The translations under genes were made by a program, and so were the position numbers. From NCBI GenBank assembly GCA_024679065.1, contig JAGIQG010000043.1, forward strand, positions 744,001 through 808,000: 64,000 bases of DNA. The letters are read 5' to 3'. How positions within the stretch are numbered: the first letter of the stretch is position 1; each line of letters opens with the position of its first letter. Positions 63,538 through 64,000 of the stretch are shown here, piece by piece. The notes beneath the pieces are model-generated. The model worked only from the letters and a program-made list of their open reading frames with translations. It ran no database searches and had not been told where the DNA came from. This DNA is from Sphyrna mokarran. Its lineage: Eukaryota.

Positions 63538-64000
63538 CGCTGGCACAGGTGTTAACGGTGCTGCCTCACAGCACCTGGGACCTGGTTTCGATTCCTGCCT
63601 TAGATGTCTGTCTGCGTGGAATTTGCATGCTCTGCTCATGCCTGCGCAGGTTCCCTCTGGGTGCTCCGTTTTCCTCCCATAGTCTGAAAATGTGCAGTTT
63701 GGGTGGATTAGCTCTGCTAAGTTGCCTCTTTGTGCCCCAAAATGCATATGTTAGCCCGATTAGACATGCTAAAGTGTCTCTTAGTATCTAAACATGTGCA
63801 CGTTAAGTGGAGTGACCATGATAAAGTGCCCTTTAGTGTCCAACGATGTGCCAGATAGATAGATTGGTAATGCTAAATTCATAGGATAGGATCATAGAAC
63901 CCCTGCAATGTAGAATTGCTCCTTAGTGTTCCAAGGTGCGTAAGTTAGGTGAATTGGCCATGCCAAAATGCTTTTTATTGTCCAACAGTGTGCTGGATAG
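63538..64000 (+). mobile_element. HE1-like SINE with a tandemly reiterated internal subunit
   Basis: Head with ggtttcgattcc B box, V-domain, then several tgctaaa..gccc.ttagtgtcc units. Confidence 0.75.

Overview
Eukaryotic genomic DNA, almost certainly from a shark or other cartilaginous fish. The evidence is HE1-type V-SINEs, CR1/HER1-type LINEs with (ATGTTCT)n tails, Rex1/Babar and Penelope remnants, and two-exon GPR139-like genes. Most of the window is nested retroelement sequence. Three host genes, all on the minus strand, can be assembled from splice sites. Two are tandem paralogues of a two-exon GPR139/GPR142-like class A GPCR: copy A has exon 1 at 4382-4451 and exon 2 at 582 running off the left edge; copy B is complete, with exon 1 at 36649-36718 and exon 2 at 22644-23560, giving 328 aa. 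They lie in a segmental duplication (1-7272 vs 22979-39878) whose second copy has gained about 10 kb of retroelement insertions. The third gene is the highlight: an apparently intact, non-rearranging antigen-receptor-like IgSF gene (53793 to about 44985). It has a leader exon, a single germline V exon already carrying the J-type FGNGSKLVI strand, an 88-bp intron, a C1-set exon, a TM exon with an intramembrane Arg, and short cytoplasmic exons; no RSSs were found. Retroelement oddities include a CR1 family whose 3' end is a captured V-SINE, Penelope-type minimal hammerhead ribozymes, a triple-nested CR1 with a stuttered 5' junction, and a CR1 ORF1 whose esterase motifs are all altered. All calls are from reading by eye, no database search was run, and repeat boundaries are approximate.
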